A stretch of 64,000 bases of DNA from Octopus vulgaris (lineage: Eukaryota). Below the pieces are notes generated by a model. The model saw only the letters and a list, made by a program, of their open reading frames with translations, was not told the DNA's origin and searched no databases. How positions within the stretch are numbered: position 1 is the stretch's first letter; each line of letters begins with the position of its first letter. The translations under genes were made by a program, and so were the position numbers. This document shows positions 1 through 13,837 of the stretch, piece after piece. The stretch covers positions 57,784,001 through 57,848,000 of the forward strand of contig OX597814.1 of NCBI GenBank assembly GCA_951406725.2, read 5' to 3'.

Positions 1-101
1 TACCTATTTTAGAGATCTTTGTCATTCTTAATTACTTCTAACTGTTGACAAACGAGCAGTCTAGGAAAAAATAGAGTTACATCTATTGCTATAGAGCTAC
101 T

Positions 102-306
102 GTCAGTTGGATATTATCTGGCCATGGACAGTTTTAAACTCGAAGACAGTTAACAGTCATTGTTCATCATTTCAGAATAATGCACAATATTTTACTATAG
201 AGCAATATAGTCAGTTGGATATTATCTGGCCATGGACAGTTTTAAACTCGAAGACAGTTAACAGTCATTGTTCATCATTTCAGAATAATGCACAATATTT
301 TACTAT
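102..306. repeat. Near-perfect tandem duplication, 108-bp period
   Basis: gtcagttggatattatctggcc...cacaatatttttactat occurs starting at 102 and at 210; explains the repeated peptide of ORF 107..340. Confidence 0.9.
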
Positions 307-1032
307 TTCCCCGACGAACCAAGTACTATTAAATGCTTAGATGAATATTTCAGAATGTTTAATATTCTATACCCACTGTTTTATGATAAAATCAATAACA
401 CTGTGTCGAAATTTAGTCTCTTAGGGAAACAGTACGCATGACACGACTACTGTAGCACTACTTGCAATTAATAATGCGATTCATATTAACACGTGAAATC
501 TCTTGAATATTTGTGATGGATAACGAAAGTAACAAATTTTGAAATATATGTTAAACAGTAGAATATACAAAACGAGAAGGTGTTTTGTGACGTTGAGCTC
601 TTACATGGAAGATCAGAATACCCCAGTGGGGTTTGATCACGGCAGTAATCCATTGTCTTACGACAGAAATCTAAGTAACTAACCCTAAAGAACATTGGCA
701 TCTCTAATTCCCTATCTGGAAAAATTATCATGAATCATTCATTTCTTCTAGCGAAATAAATATACCTTCTTGCTAGTCTATTTGGCAAAAAGATAGATCA
801 CTTTATCGCTTTCGCTACTCCTTCTAGCACTGTTTCTTCCATATCTCTCTTCTCTTCACCCATCCCACTGTTTCTCCATCATACGCTTCTTTCTCCTTCC
901 CACTCTATTTTATTTCCAGCAATCGTTCGGTCTTCTCTTCATTTGGTTTGTCACTTTGCTCTAAACAGAGGCCACGTAAAGTAGTGAGGACTCTTTCGTT
1001 TCGTGGATTACAAGTGTGCTGGTTTCACGATA

Positions 1033-2594
1033 CACTGTTTCCCGCATTATAAGGCAAATCAGCCTTCTCTCAATAAATAAAAGTATATTAATTCAAAACC
1101 AGTTCTTTTCCGACTGACTGTTGGCACCACCTATCTGCGCACATTCTGTTAAAATAAGTCGGATCTACGCAGACGAAAACAAACGGCGACCATTACCGTG
1201 TGGAAACAACATTTCTGCTGTCACAAATTATTGGGCAGGTGCCCAATTTAAGTGTGATTATGGGTTAGAAACGTGATCTCCCTTCGAATGAAAAAAACAT
1301 AGTATTTTTGATATTTCTAAATACTGAGAAGAGATTACCGAACATTGAAGATATTTGCGCAGTGTCATATTTCTGTCCGGTCGAGGGCAGATAAGAGTAA
1401 TTTGAGGGTTGCTTCGACTAGTACTTTGTCACGTGTGAAAAGGGAAGTTGCGCGGAACCCATGTCCTACAAGTAGAGAAGTCTTCTAACGTGGCAGGGAA
1501 GACATATCGAAAGCTACCAGGTGTCACCTCTTGAAGCAGGTAGTCAGGAATGTTAAATCTGTTACAAATACCTTCTGAATGTTGTTCATAAGCATAAGGG
1601 ACTGAAATGGACAGAGGAATATATGAAGATCGGTTATTTCAAGAGTTCTATTCACTGACGAATTCCGTGCTACCCTTGATGGACCAGATGTTTGGTGTAA
1701 AGGTTGGGTGTCAATCAGTGTGAACCATCCTTATTATTTGAGACGCCAACAAGAGGGAGGTGGGGCTCATGTTTTGGGATGACATCGTTGGAGGTATGGT
1801 GGTCGGGCCGTGGAAAGCCCCAGATGATATTAAGATGGCATCAAAAACATGTTACCTTCTTAAAGGAAATTTCCAACCGTGGTTCAAAAAGCAAAAATTT
1901 TCATTCAAGAGAAAGTTGGTCTTCATGCAAGATAATGCCTCGTCTCATGCAGCGAAGAATTCTAAGGAAACCTGCATCAAATAGGCTTCTTTGGGGGTCG
2001 TTTGATGGAGTGGGAACCGTGTTCCTCAGACTTAAACCTTATCGAGAACCTGTGGCGTGTCCTGAAAGAGCGGCGCGTTTACCAAGACGGATTGTAGTTT
2101 TCAAGTAAAGTTGCCCCTTGGGATTCTATTATAGATGCAGCTCAAAGCATGACACAAGAGGATATCATCATCTTGATAAATTCAATGGATCAGCGCATAA
2201 GGAAGGTTACTGCATGTGGAAGATCATACGTCAAACATTAGGTGCTGTATGATATCATATTCCCAGGATTATTTTCATACGAACTTATTATGTTTACCAT
2301 TAAGTCCTTTATTAATAATTTTTTGTTAAACCTTTACTATTGAATCAAATAAACGTTTGTTCTGACACAATTATCATTTTTATTATACTTGCCTAATAAA
2401 TTGTGACGGTGAAAATGTTGCCCAATTACAAACATACCCGCCATGTATTGGTGTCTGCGCAGATCCGGTTTATTTTAACAGAATGTGAGCAGATAGGTGT
2501 TGCCATAAGTCAGTGGGAAAACAACTGGTTTTGAACGAATATAAGTTTATTTATTGAGAGAAGGTTGATTTGCCTAATAATGTGGGACGCAGTG
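1033..2594 (+). mobile_element. Tc1-superfamily DNA transposon (TRT/DD37E-like), full length, long IR/DR terminal inverted repeats
   Basis: 1033-1240 is the reverse complement of ~2387-2594. TA precedes the CACTG start. Outer and inner direct repeats (cattataaggca / aattattgggca) lie within each arm. A decayed transposase lies between the arms. Confidence 0.9.
1260..2241 (+). pseudogene. Tc1-like DDE transposase pseudogene
   Basis: Motifs MG*KRDL, VLFTDEFRATLDGPD (D at 1657), RRQQEGGGLMFW, VFMQDNASSHAAK (D at 1931), SSDLNLIENLW (E at 2044), broken by stops and frameshifts. Confidence 0.9.
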
Positions 2595-3073
2595 TGTAAC
2601 GGATCCAGTATACTCTGCAAAGCGGTTGGTGAACCAGTGGATTTATAAGATATGAAAATTTCTCTAGTGCTGGTGTCAAGGTAAAATAAACCGAAAACAC
2701 TTTGTAAAGTGGTTGGGATGCTTTGTGTATATGTGTGTATATGAGTGTGCGTATGTGTATACCTATGCATATGCACAGGCCCATGCAAAATGAACACTCA
2801 TGTACATACCCATTGCTTTTAAAACATTAATTAAATGTATTATTTAAAAGTTAATATTTTAAAACATTGCTTAAACAGCAACACAGTTGCATGACTTCGC
2901 TTGTAATAGAGTTTATGGTGTTTATAATATTACCACAAGAATCAGAAACGAAAATCAAACGCCTGCGTTTGAAGCAGTCGTTTTCACTCGTGTTCTTCAC
3001 AAACATTTTCAAACAGGAGACAATAAAGATAAGCGTTTTCTTCAAACTTTCATTTCATATTTTAAAAAAATAT

Positions 3074-3217
3074 TCTTTCAGTTTCCGTCTATCAAATCCA
3101 CTCACAAAGCTTTGATCGGCCCGAGGCTATAGTAGAAGATACTTGCCCAAGGTACCACGCAGTGAGACTGAACCCGGAACCATGCGGTTAGAAAGCAATT
3201 CTCTTACCACACAGCCA
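3074..3217 (-). mobile_element. tRNA-derived SINE, family A head
   Basis: Minus strand reads ggctgtgtggtaaga...ggttccgggttcagtc...ccttgggcaagt...gacggaaactgaaagaa, with Pol III A/B-box-like motifs; many copies in the window. Confidence 0.8.
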
Positions 3218-3244
3218 TAAATACACACGCACACATGTATGTTT

Positions 3245-3297
<53 letters not shown>

Positions 3298-5413
3298 TGT
3301 GTGCGTGTAAATATTTTGCAGAAGCAACAGATTGACTCAAGGGTTGAGAATTTGATAAGTGCCAATACACGAAACTCTCGGCCCTTGAATCACTCTGTTC
3401 CTTCAGCTACATATAAAAAAAGTATACATATACTCATGTCTTGATTTCTATTTTTCCTGTTTGTATCGCCAAACTTACACACACGCGCGCACGCACATAC
3501 ATTCAAATTTACTGATTGAAAGCAATAAAAAATACAAATGTTGAAAGAAACCAATACATTTGAACGTTTTTCTCCGCTGGTAAATGTCAAGAAACAGGAT
3601 TCGCGTATTTATTTGAATAACAAATTGGTACGAAAATCACATTGAAAGCTTTCACGCTGATAGTAATATCACCGTGATAAAAGCATGCTGTATTACGCTA
3701 TATGTCTACATAATTATTATCGAAGTGGTAATCCTGGTAAATTGTAGTCACAGACTTTCTATGATAGCAGTTAAGAATATTCTAGCAGTGTTGTTGCGAT
3801 AAGGTTTATCTGTTAATTAATTATTTAAATGTCTTTAACTTTAATTATAAATCAGCCAATCACTTTCGATGCCTTTTATTATCGACTGAACTGCAAACTG
3901 TAGGAAATATCATCACCAATTTCTGTTTACTTGGATAGCTAATGGCAAAGAATATTCCTGAATATTAACCATACAGAATAGAATAATAAACAGAGTCCAA
4001 TTATATAAGATATCCTATCAATTTCGCAATTATCAGCGCCATTGTGAGATGTTGCTTTCTGAAAATCTACCACCAACACTTAAATCAATCCAAAGAGGTT
4101 ATTGTGTGCAAAAGCATTGATGTAGTTAATTCTCAGATTTGACTTATTTCATAGATTTATCAGATCAGAAAAATCGATTTTTTTTTTACTTGGCTCATGT
4201 TCAACTTCTGTAGAAGAAGCTCATAGAATCAACTGAATTGACCCTTGTTAATTAATTATTTACCATTAACGGCTTGGATTATTGAAGAATTGAACCTAAT
4301 ATTATAAAGCACTCACCTTAGATCTCAGTTCATTTAGATAATCGTCTCAATCTTAATTTAAATCATTTATGGAGATTTTTATTTGAAACTGCTTCTTTTT
4401 AAATGCATCAGCTTGTACGCTGCTGACATGGTTGATATATAATCATGATTTTATGACTTACGGTTCACAAAATAACGAATGGCACTTGAATAAAATTATG
4501 TAGAAAACTGACTTACCTCAGTATTCGCACAACTTCTCTTGCAACAAAATGCGCACATTCATTGAGAAAAGTGGTTAACTATTTTCCAAATAAGGAGTTT
4601 TGATTAGAAATCACGTAAATAGAAGTATACATAAGTTAATGTAGTCAAATAGACGCAAATTTACTTTAGTTAGATTCTAACAAGCACACACAAATCCTCA
4701 AAGTTATAGGTTTGTTTTTATGAATTAGGACAAAATATGATTGGAATTTGAACTTACGTTATTCGTCTCAATTTAGACTAAACTTCTAATATTAAAAATA
4801 GGTGTAAACTTTCATGTCTATGTACGGGTCTGATCGAGCAAATTGAAACGATCTGTATTTCCATTTAAATCTGTTCATTTATCTTATATGGTACAATAGT
4901 ATCCTCATTACAAACGGTCAATGATGTGCAAGCATCCTAACCTAATTAAGTTTTTTTTCCACGACTTAGTGTATACATTAGTCTCTTCTCTTAATATCTA
5001 AAAAGGTCATTCTACGTTTAAGTGATACGAGAACCATAGCGATATCATGTTTTAACGCAACGCAAACTCTGTTGTCATGTACCCTATTGTTTTATGATAG
5101 TCACTTAGAGTATATTTTAAAAAGGATACTCTCTAATACTTGAATCCTCTGTTCATTTCTCCTATGCGAATAAACAAAACCTTGAACTAAGCTGAATGGG
5201 AATATCTACCGTGGATGAATATGTACTGCAAATGAATTAAGTAAAATGCTCATAAGTGCTACATCAACGGACACTAGGCAAGGACACTTATGCAACAGAA
5301 ACATGTGTCAGATTGGAACCTACTACGAATAATACTGTAATAAATAATTTTTGAAGATCTGTAATCATCCATTCTTCTGATGTCGTGATTCTGATGGCTT
5401 GATTCTGATGTCT

Positions 5414-5418
<5 letters not shown>

Positions 5419-5498
<80 letters not shown>
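5419..5498. repeat. (TA)n microsatellite
   Basis: Direct inspection. Confidence 0.95.
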
Positions 5499-5507
<9 letters not shown>

Positions 5508-7887
5508 GCGTGTAGTCAGTGGCCTTTTTATTCACCAGACCGCCCAAGACTCGTAAGAGTTAGGGCGGAAATTGTCCTCAGACTGGAAGCTGGCACAGAT
5601 GTTTCCAACAGAGTGGATTCTGTTAAAAATACTGAACGGTCAGGTAGTGTTGTTAAACCTGGTAACAATCTACCACTTAAGAACTGAGCTAACAACAGAA
5701 AGAGGATAAAAAATTCTGCTTGGTAACTCGTCCAGTGCTTTAACAATTCTGGTAACGTAATATCTTAGACTTCAGGTTTGATATATTAAACCTGAAGGCT
5801 TAATAACTTGAAAGGGTTAAGAAATAAGTTGACCTTAGGAAATCTACCCAGAGCGCTGTGAGTCAGAAAAATTGCCGCAGCACGTTTGGTTCTGCGCAGA
5901 GAATTCAAAGTACCAGTTCGATACTCATCAATTTGCTGACGTGAAAACGGTAACATTTTAAATTGAAATTTTTTGGTTGTTTAAAATGCTACTTCAAATA
6001 TATGGAGTATTTTCTGTTTAAATAATTGTCTATCTCAGTAAAAGTTTAATAAGTAATCCCCTAAAATGTTCAACTGAAAATGCTTGTTTTAAAAATATTT
6101 TATTTCAATTTCAGTTATTATTCCCTGTCAAGGTTTTTTCATCTTTCTTTTTTCCAAATCAGGGAGAAATGTCACAGTATCTCTTTCTGATTTTAAAATG
6201 ACGTAGATACTATTTTTAGCAGGTCAAGTAATTACATAAAAGCTTTCACTTATGTGAATATTCTTGTAAATATTAGTAATTTTTGTGACAGTCGATGTTT
6301 TACATCAAAGTTGTAAATGTTACGTTCCAGTGAATAATTTTTTTCCCGATAAAGAATGTTTTCATGATATTTGATTTTAAATTTCATATTTATTGTATAT
6401 CAATAAATATTTCATGTATTGTATAACAATAAATATTTAAGAGTAAAATAATATATTTGCCTTTAGAACATCAGAATTAATTGTTTTACTGACAGATAGT
6501 TCTGTAAAATAGTTTCTCCATTTCAAATATAAGTGGAATGAATAAATCGTAGTAGGCTTGATGGCAGTTTTTCGTGTTTGAATATCTTGAGGAAGATCGG
6601 CGGTTTGCCTATAGGTGGCGTTGCAGCTGTTGTCTTTTCTCTTCGTCATTGATACAGGGCCTTTCTTCCTGCCTACACTTGAATGTTTTAAAATGAAAAT
6701 CAGTCTGTGCAATTCGATTCCATTCTTTGAACTTGGCAGTCCGATCTCAGATGCTCAGCAGGCTAAGACGGCTACCGTGGCCAGCAAACTTCAAGTTTTA
6801 CATTGAAGTGGCCTTGGTGAAATGCTCTTTCGGACTGGAGAGCTTCACCTAACCTTTAGCTGCTGTAAACGTGTGTGTCAAAAGGTCACCATGCAGCTTG
6901 AGTGACTCCACTCCAATAGGTTTATAACCTCATTGATCTCTTTACACATTAAAGTTTAGTGAATCAATCGCTAACTTTATTACCTTTCTCTTCTTTTTCT
7001 AGTCTTTATCTTTTGCCTTTCATCACACGCTATTGTTGTATTTGTGAGTAATATTTGTGGTTATTCTTTTCAGTGTAGTGCGTGAAAAAAAAGTTCGATA
7101 AAAAAAACCACAGATCTTATTATTTCTGATGTATATATGAATTCAAAGAGTAAATTGAATAAATTCACTCGTTTTTAGCTCATTTCCCTAAATAAATTAC
7201 TTGAGAAACACGGTTCGTGTTCTGTATTAAGCCTATCAATAACAACAACGCTGCCAACACTGCAATTTTTTCTGCTTGCCTAGTATTTACATATAACAAA
7301 AAAAAAAACAATCTTGCATCACGTTACAAGAGATCTACATACTTTTGTCATAAATGATCATTTGATGTAATAGATTAGTTTATTTCGAAACGTAATAACA
7401 TTATAAATAATTTAACAGTATTTAAATCAATAATTTTATATGCTGAGACACCTAACTAAAACATAGCTATAGTTGAGAATCATTTTATTTGAAGTAATTC
7501 ACTTCATGTCCATCAGAGTCGATAGTGTATTTCGAATATTTGTCAATAGTACAATGCAGCCTAGTTGGTCACTTGCAATTATATACTGTACTTGACAGAG
7601 GCAAAAAAAAAAAGATTTTATATATTTTTCGCCTAGCTTGAATGTACATTCCGCATCAAATCACCATTACTCCCAGCAATGATTGACCGCTAACGCCAAA
7701 AGTATTTTTCTCTGTGGTTATTTCATCGTCTTCCTTTCTGTTGAAGAGCGTAGGCTGGAAACGTAAAAGACATTCTCACCTTTCCGAGCCTCAAACTGCT
7801 TTTTGTAATTGTTGTTTATACACCTGTCTCCGTCTTTTGATTTTCTGTAAATTCCAACAACATATATAATATATATAAAATATATAA

Positions 7888-7946
<59 letters not shown>

Positions 7947-8062
7947 CTGTACAGGCCGGCTTTGCTCGGGATTAAATTAGCATTATTAAACTAATCAAGT
8001 TCTTTATTTCCAACCAAACGAAGTAACATCGACGTCAAATTTGGGCGAAATTCGTTAAAATT

Positions 8063-8159
<97 letters not shown>

Positions 8160-8571
8160 GCAACACACACACATACACACACGTACGTACACCTATTGCA
8201 TACATGTTTTTTGTACGCATACATGTTCGTGTCTGTGGGCGTGTTGCCGTATATCAACAAAACAATTTTTTCCTCGATGGAAAAAAACAACAAAAGTCTT
8301 AGCAAAAACTTACTCTTCGTTAGAAGGGGACTTAACCCCTGTTTCAAAACAATGGTGATTTCTCCGACTTGAAAATTGTTAAAAGTTTTGGTTGAAAATT
8401 TATTTTTACTGCTATTCGCTGGTGTCTATGGGAAAAATAAGTTGACGAAAATACAGCAAGGGTCTTAACGAATGTCCTCCTACAATTGGAGCGACATGCG
8501 TGCTAATTTGTGGATGTGCATAAATTACATTCACATACACACACACACATCCTGCCTTTTATATATACAGA
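7947..8571 (-). mobile_element. Probable non-autonomous Helitron
   Basis: Minus strand starts A|TCTGTATATATAAAAGG and ends with a GC-rich hairpin (cccgagcaaagccgg) followed by CAG|T, a degenerate CTAG; sits between (TA)n tracts. Confidence 0.5.
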
Positions 8572-8589
8572 TATATATATATATATATA

Positions 8590-8696
<107 letters not shown>

Positions 8697-9667
8697 ATAT
8701 ATATATAATATATATGTATAATATCTATATATATATTATATATTTAATATATATATATATATATGATATATATGATACATATAATGTAGACATTTTCTTT
8801 GTCTATCTCCATAACTTGGAGATTTTAGGTATAATCATACTAATGCGTCCATCTGTTCTAATTTAATTAAATTCTGTCTTTGTGCAGCTAAAGATTGCTC
8901 TACATTTTAAATTGATGTAATGATTGCATTGTTCAATTAAATGGAGTTGCATGAAACGATCGTCCTGCATTGCCTCTGGATATCCTTGTTGCTTATTTCG
9001 ATTTTAATCACCTTAGTTTGAAATTGTATGGCTAATATGTTTTGTGTGTGTGTGTGTGTTTTGTGCGTGCGTGTCTGTGTGTGTGTGTGTATCTGTCTAC
9101 TGTCTGAATACAATGATAATTTTCCTGCCAGTGTCAACATATGCAAGTTCATATCAAACATAAACAAAATCATCAGTATTTTTGATGCTTAATGTTTAGA
9201 AACCGGCACGGCTGTTCAGTTTGTTGACGATATTGAATATGAACTCAAATATGAGCTTGCGTAGGCTGAGCAATTTGTAAATGTTCAATATGGACTTGAA
9301 TATAAACCTACAACGAACATGGCTATTACAGTTCTCACCAAACAATCAGCACCAACAACGTTAGTTGATTCACGACAGGATTGACGCACATCTGTCTCAC
9401 AAGATTTTCCGATAAACAGCACCCATTAATAGCAGGATTCTGGTAATACTGTCACCAAAAAAAAAAAAAAAAAAAAATTGATCACGGCTATTATACACAT
9501 ATCCACCTAGAGAGTGCACACAAATTCTGTCTACACGGACGGAATAAACTTAATAATAATTATTATAGTGGAATTGTCACGCATAATAAATATGTTACAT
9601 ATCATTAAGCAAATCATAAAGAGAAAATATATATATGGCAGGTTAGAGTTTATGAGAATATTCCCAC

Positions 9668-9676
9668 ATACACACA

Positions 9677-9757
<81 letters not shown>

Positions 9758-9767
9758 GCACACACAC
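9668..9767. repeat. (CA)n microsatellite
   Basis: Direct inspection. Confidence 0.95.
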
Positions 9768-9886
9768 AAAGACGCGCAAAGCAAACACACATATATGTAT
9801 ATACTTGCATATATAATATCTATCTATCCATCTGTATGTCTGTATATGCATGTTTGTATCCATCTATCCAATCTCTCTCTCTCGTT

Positions 9887-9926
<40 letters not shown>

Positions 9927-10636
9927 TTATATATTAAAAGTCTCTTACAAGAATTGTATTGATAGTGACGTTAAAGTTTCGGTCATCATTGGACTGTAAA
10001 TCATTTAGGTCCATCTTGGCTTTATATAGTCTCTGTTATGTTAAAATTGTCTAGGGTAACGTGATTTCTGTTGAATAATAATTATGCTGCATGTTAGGTT
10101 GCGGTTGTAATATTGTATATAAAGTTTTATGGATTGAATTTGGGGAAATGCTAATAGATATAATTTATTCAAGCGTGAACAGCTTTGTAAACAGATGTGT
10201 ATATTTAGATGTCTCATCTTCAGATCAAAGGATTTCAAAATAGAATGTAATAAGGTTGTTAGTAGAACCCTCATTGTTATTGGTGTTATTTAGATATTAA
10301 TAAGATATTTACCTTTTGCTTTGAGAATTTGATGGTTATATCCAGTTTTTTAACTATGTGTTTTAAGGGTTTACACGAGAATGTAGGAGTGTAGTGAAGG
10401 TAATTTGGTTAGCACTTTGTTTGTATTTGTGTCTTTTCCTTGTTTATATTTTCAGAGTGTTGGCTATCACTTTAGTATGTCACAATGAAATTAGTTTGAA
10501 AATTTGTTAAGCAAATACTTAAATGTTCACAAGTATATGGCAGCAGGTATTCAAGTTGTTGGTCAGTATATTTTTCTCTAGTGGATCATCGCTTTTTGAA
10601 ATATTTGGTCGCTATTTGTAATATTTAATGTTTGTA

Positions 10637-10756
10637 AGGCGGTGAGCTGGCAGAATCATTAGCACGTTGGGCAAAATGCTTAGCGGTCCTTCGCCCGTCT
10701 TTACGTTCTGAGTTCAAATTCCACCGGGGTCGATAAAATAAGTACCAATCGACTTA
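10637..10756 (+). mobile_element. tRNA-derived SINE, family B (partial)
   Basis: aggcggtgagctggcagaatcattagcac...gagttcaaattcc (B box)...gggtcgataaaataagtacc; matches copies at 57 and 61 kb. Confidence 0.75.
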
Positions 10757-10950
10757 ACCGTAAAGCTCTGGCTATTGTGTTTTTAACTCTGTCTGGAGGA
10801 AATCTAAGATGCATAACCAAAGATGCTGAAATGACAACCGCAGAAACAAAAACACACAGTCGCGCGCACATTTTCACACTAATACATACATGCATATATG
10901 CGTACGTACATACATACATACATACACACACACACGCACACACACACACA

Positions 10951-10986
<36 letters not shown>

Positions 10987-11094
10987 TACAAAACTATCTT
11001 GTTGTTGATGTTGAAATTCCGATGAAGGAGCCCTGTTTCTAGGTTAGAAACCGGTTCTTTCTATATTGGCAAGAAATCTTGAAATAAACTGAAT

Positions 11095-11148
<54 letters not shown>

Positions 11149-11217
11149 GTATATATATATATATATCTATATATATATACATACATATATATTCATGTAT
11201 ATATTTATATATATATG

Positions 11218-11263
<46 letters not shown>

Positions 11264-11283
11264 AATAAATACATACATACATT

Positions 11284-11349
<66 letters not shown>

Positions 11350-12771
11350 CACGATTTACGATTGGATACTACCGATTTTCAGTTCACTCACGCAACATCG
11401 CTCAGCCCTGGGAGATAGTAAAACATACTTCCCGAAGGATGTACGCAGTGGACTAAGCTTGAAACCACATAGTTGCAAAGATACTTTCTTAACAACAGAG
11501 ACACCCTCTGAAATTGCTTCAATTATCAGAAAATATCGGTAAAAATTCCACAGTCTGGTATGGAATAACGAAGTTTAATATCTTTTGAATGGAAATCATT
11601 ACGGCTATGAGACACAAAGAATATTGTAGAAAGCGAATTAGAATATTCGATCATAAATGAAAGTTATTCTATGTTCCTGACATTGATGACAGTCACAATG
11701 AATCACCAATCAACTTATCGACTCACGTGAAAATATTTTCCAGCTACCTGACTCAGTGATTATTGGATTGGTGGAAGTAGATCTAGCTTACCGGATGGTG
11801 AAGAGTGTAGTCATAGAAGGATAACTCTTACACACATATACACCCATTAATGTATATATACATATATACATATATATACATATATATACATATATATATA
11901 CATGTATATATGTATATATATATTATATAGTTATATATACAAACATACAAAAACGCGCACATACATGTATCTATATGTATTTACAGATACATGTATACAC
12001 ACAAAGATGTATATATAATACATTTAACGCACCCAAACACTTGTAACCAGCCAATACATTTGCATACACGCAAGCACACAGGCACATTTACAGTCATATT
12101 TAGTGATATTAAACATTACAATTATCAATTTGTATATGTATAAATACATACATATACACGCATAAACGTATATATATAATATATTTATACACCTAGTGAA
12201 ACATCTGTACGCATTCATACGCACACAACTGAGGACACGTCTATACTTAGTAATATTCGACATTGTAATCATACATTTGTATATGTATAAAAACATATAA
12301 TAATGATGTTAGCGATAAATGCATATATACGTACATACATAATATCAATTGTAACAAAAGTATGAACCAATATATATTCTTACTGACGTCATATAAACAA
12401 AACCATCTCCTTAGGCTCACGTCACATCACTGATGTTTGACACATGTGACCCATCCAACCTGCAGCATTACAGCAAGTGGACTGAAGATGTCAGTACATA
12501 GGAGAACAACAAAATCTCGAATGTGATTGAATTGCAGATTATTATATTTGAATATGGCATTGGTCCATCAATCGCCCCTGAAATGATTGAAGTGTGTTTG
12601 GAAGAATTTAGCCATAAGATAATCTTTTCCCTATTATTCCAGGAAGATTGCAACAAACACGTTCATACACACATGCATACATGATTTTACATACGTGTAT
12701 ACGTATTACATTGTTATGCATGTATACATACATTTATACATACAAACACACATATAAACACACACACACGC

Positions 12772-12806
<35 letters not shown>

Positions 12807-12819
12807 TGTATGAATAAAA

Positions 12820-12968
12820 GCGTGGTTGTATGGTAAAAAGCTTGCTACTCAACATATGATTCTAGATTCGGTCTCGCTGTGTGGTACTTATTTGAGTATC
12901 CTCTGGCATAGCATCGGCTCGAGCAAAGCCTTGTGAATGCATTTGGCTGACAGAGACTGAAGGCCCGT
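12820..12968 (+). mobile_element. Degenerate family A SINE
   Basis: gcgtggttgtatggtaaaaagcttgc...aaagccttgtgaatgcatttgg...actgaaggcccg. Confidence 0.6.
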
Positions 12969-13134
12969 TGTGTATGAATGCGGGAAATGAGGAGTAGATA
13001 GACAGCCGACAACTGATGCAATGTCGTTCTTTGTGTTACTTGTCTGTTTGCCATTTTTCTCTTGTTGTTTGCGCATTTAACTCATTTGTTTTCGAACTTC
13101 ATATTGTTTATTGTTGGTGACGTCCTGCACCCAT

Positions 13135-13295
<161 letters not shown>

Positions 13296-13837
13296 TTATA
13301 TAAATGTTCAGTTTACAAGGAAAGATCCTTAGGAAGAGTTACAGGGTAGCCAAATGTCACATAAGCGCCTAAGAAATTAGTAATCCCACTTGCATGGGTG
13401 ATAATTTCGAGGAGAAGTGACACGTGTTTTTAAGAACATAAGAGTAATGGAAAATGGAGATAAATGCACACGAATTTAAATTATTTATATCACCGACACA
13501 CGTTTCGATTGATGCATTAAAATATATCCGAGAGGAAGAACAATGTAGAAAAATGCATTAATCTCATCAGGGAGGAGATTATAAACAACAGTGCTCACCA
13601 AGCTATTTTTACAGAAGTAAGAAACAATAATATATAAAATGTATGGAAAGCAAATTATATATATGTATAAATGTATGTATACATGCATAACAATGTAATA
13701 TGTATACACGTATGTAAAAACATGTATGCATGTGTGCATGAATGTGTTTGTTGCAATCTTCCTGGAACAATAGGGAAAAGATTATCTTATGGCTAAATTC
13801 TGCCATATATACCTCTAGCGGTTCAGCGAAAGAGACC

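Noticed and set aside
486-731. 81-aa minus-strand ORF
   Set aside because: No recognisable domain or exon structure
6540-6950. GC-richer coding-looking patch with FTAAKG* (pogo HTH-like)
   Set aside because: Single short motif with stops in all frames; not enough support
10040-10620. Possible additional Penelope linker/endonuclease remnant
   Set aside because: Too degenerate to identify ordered motifs
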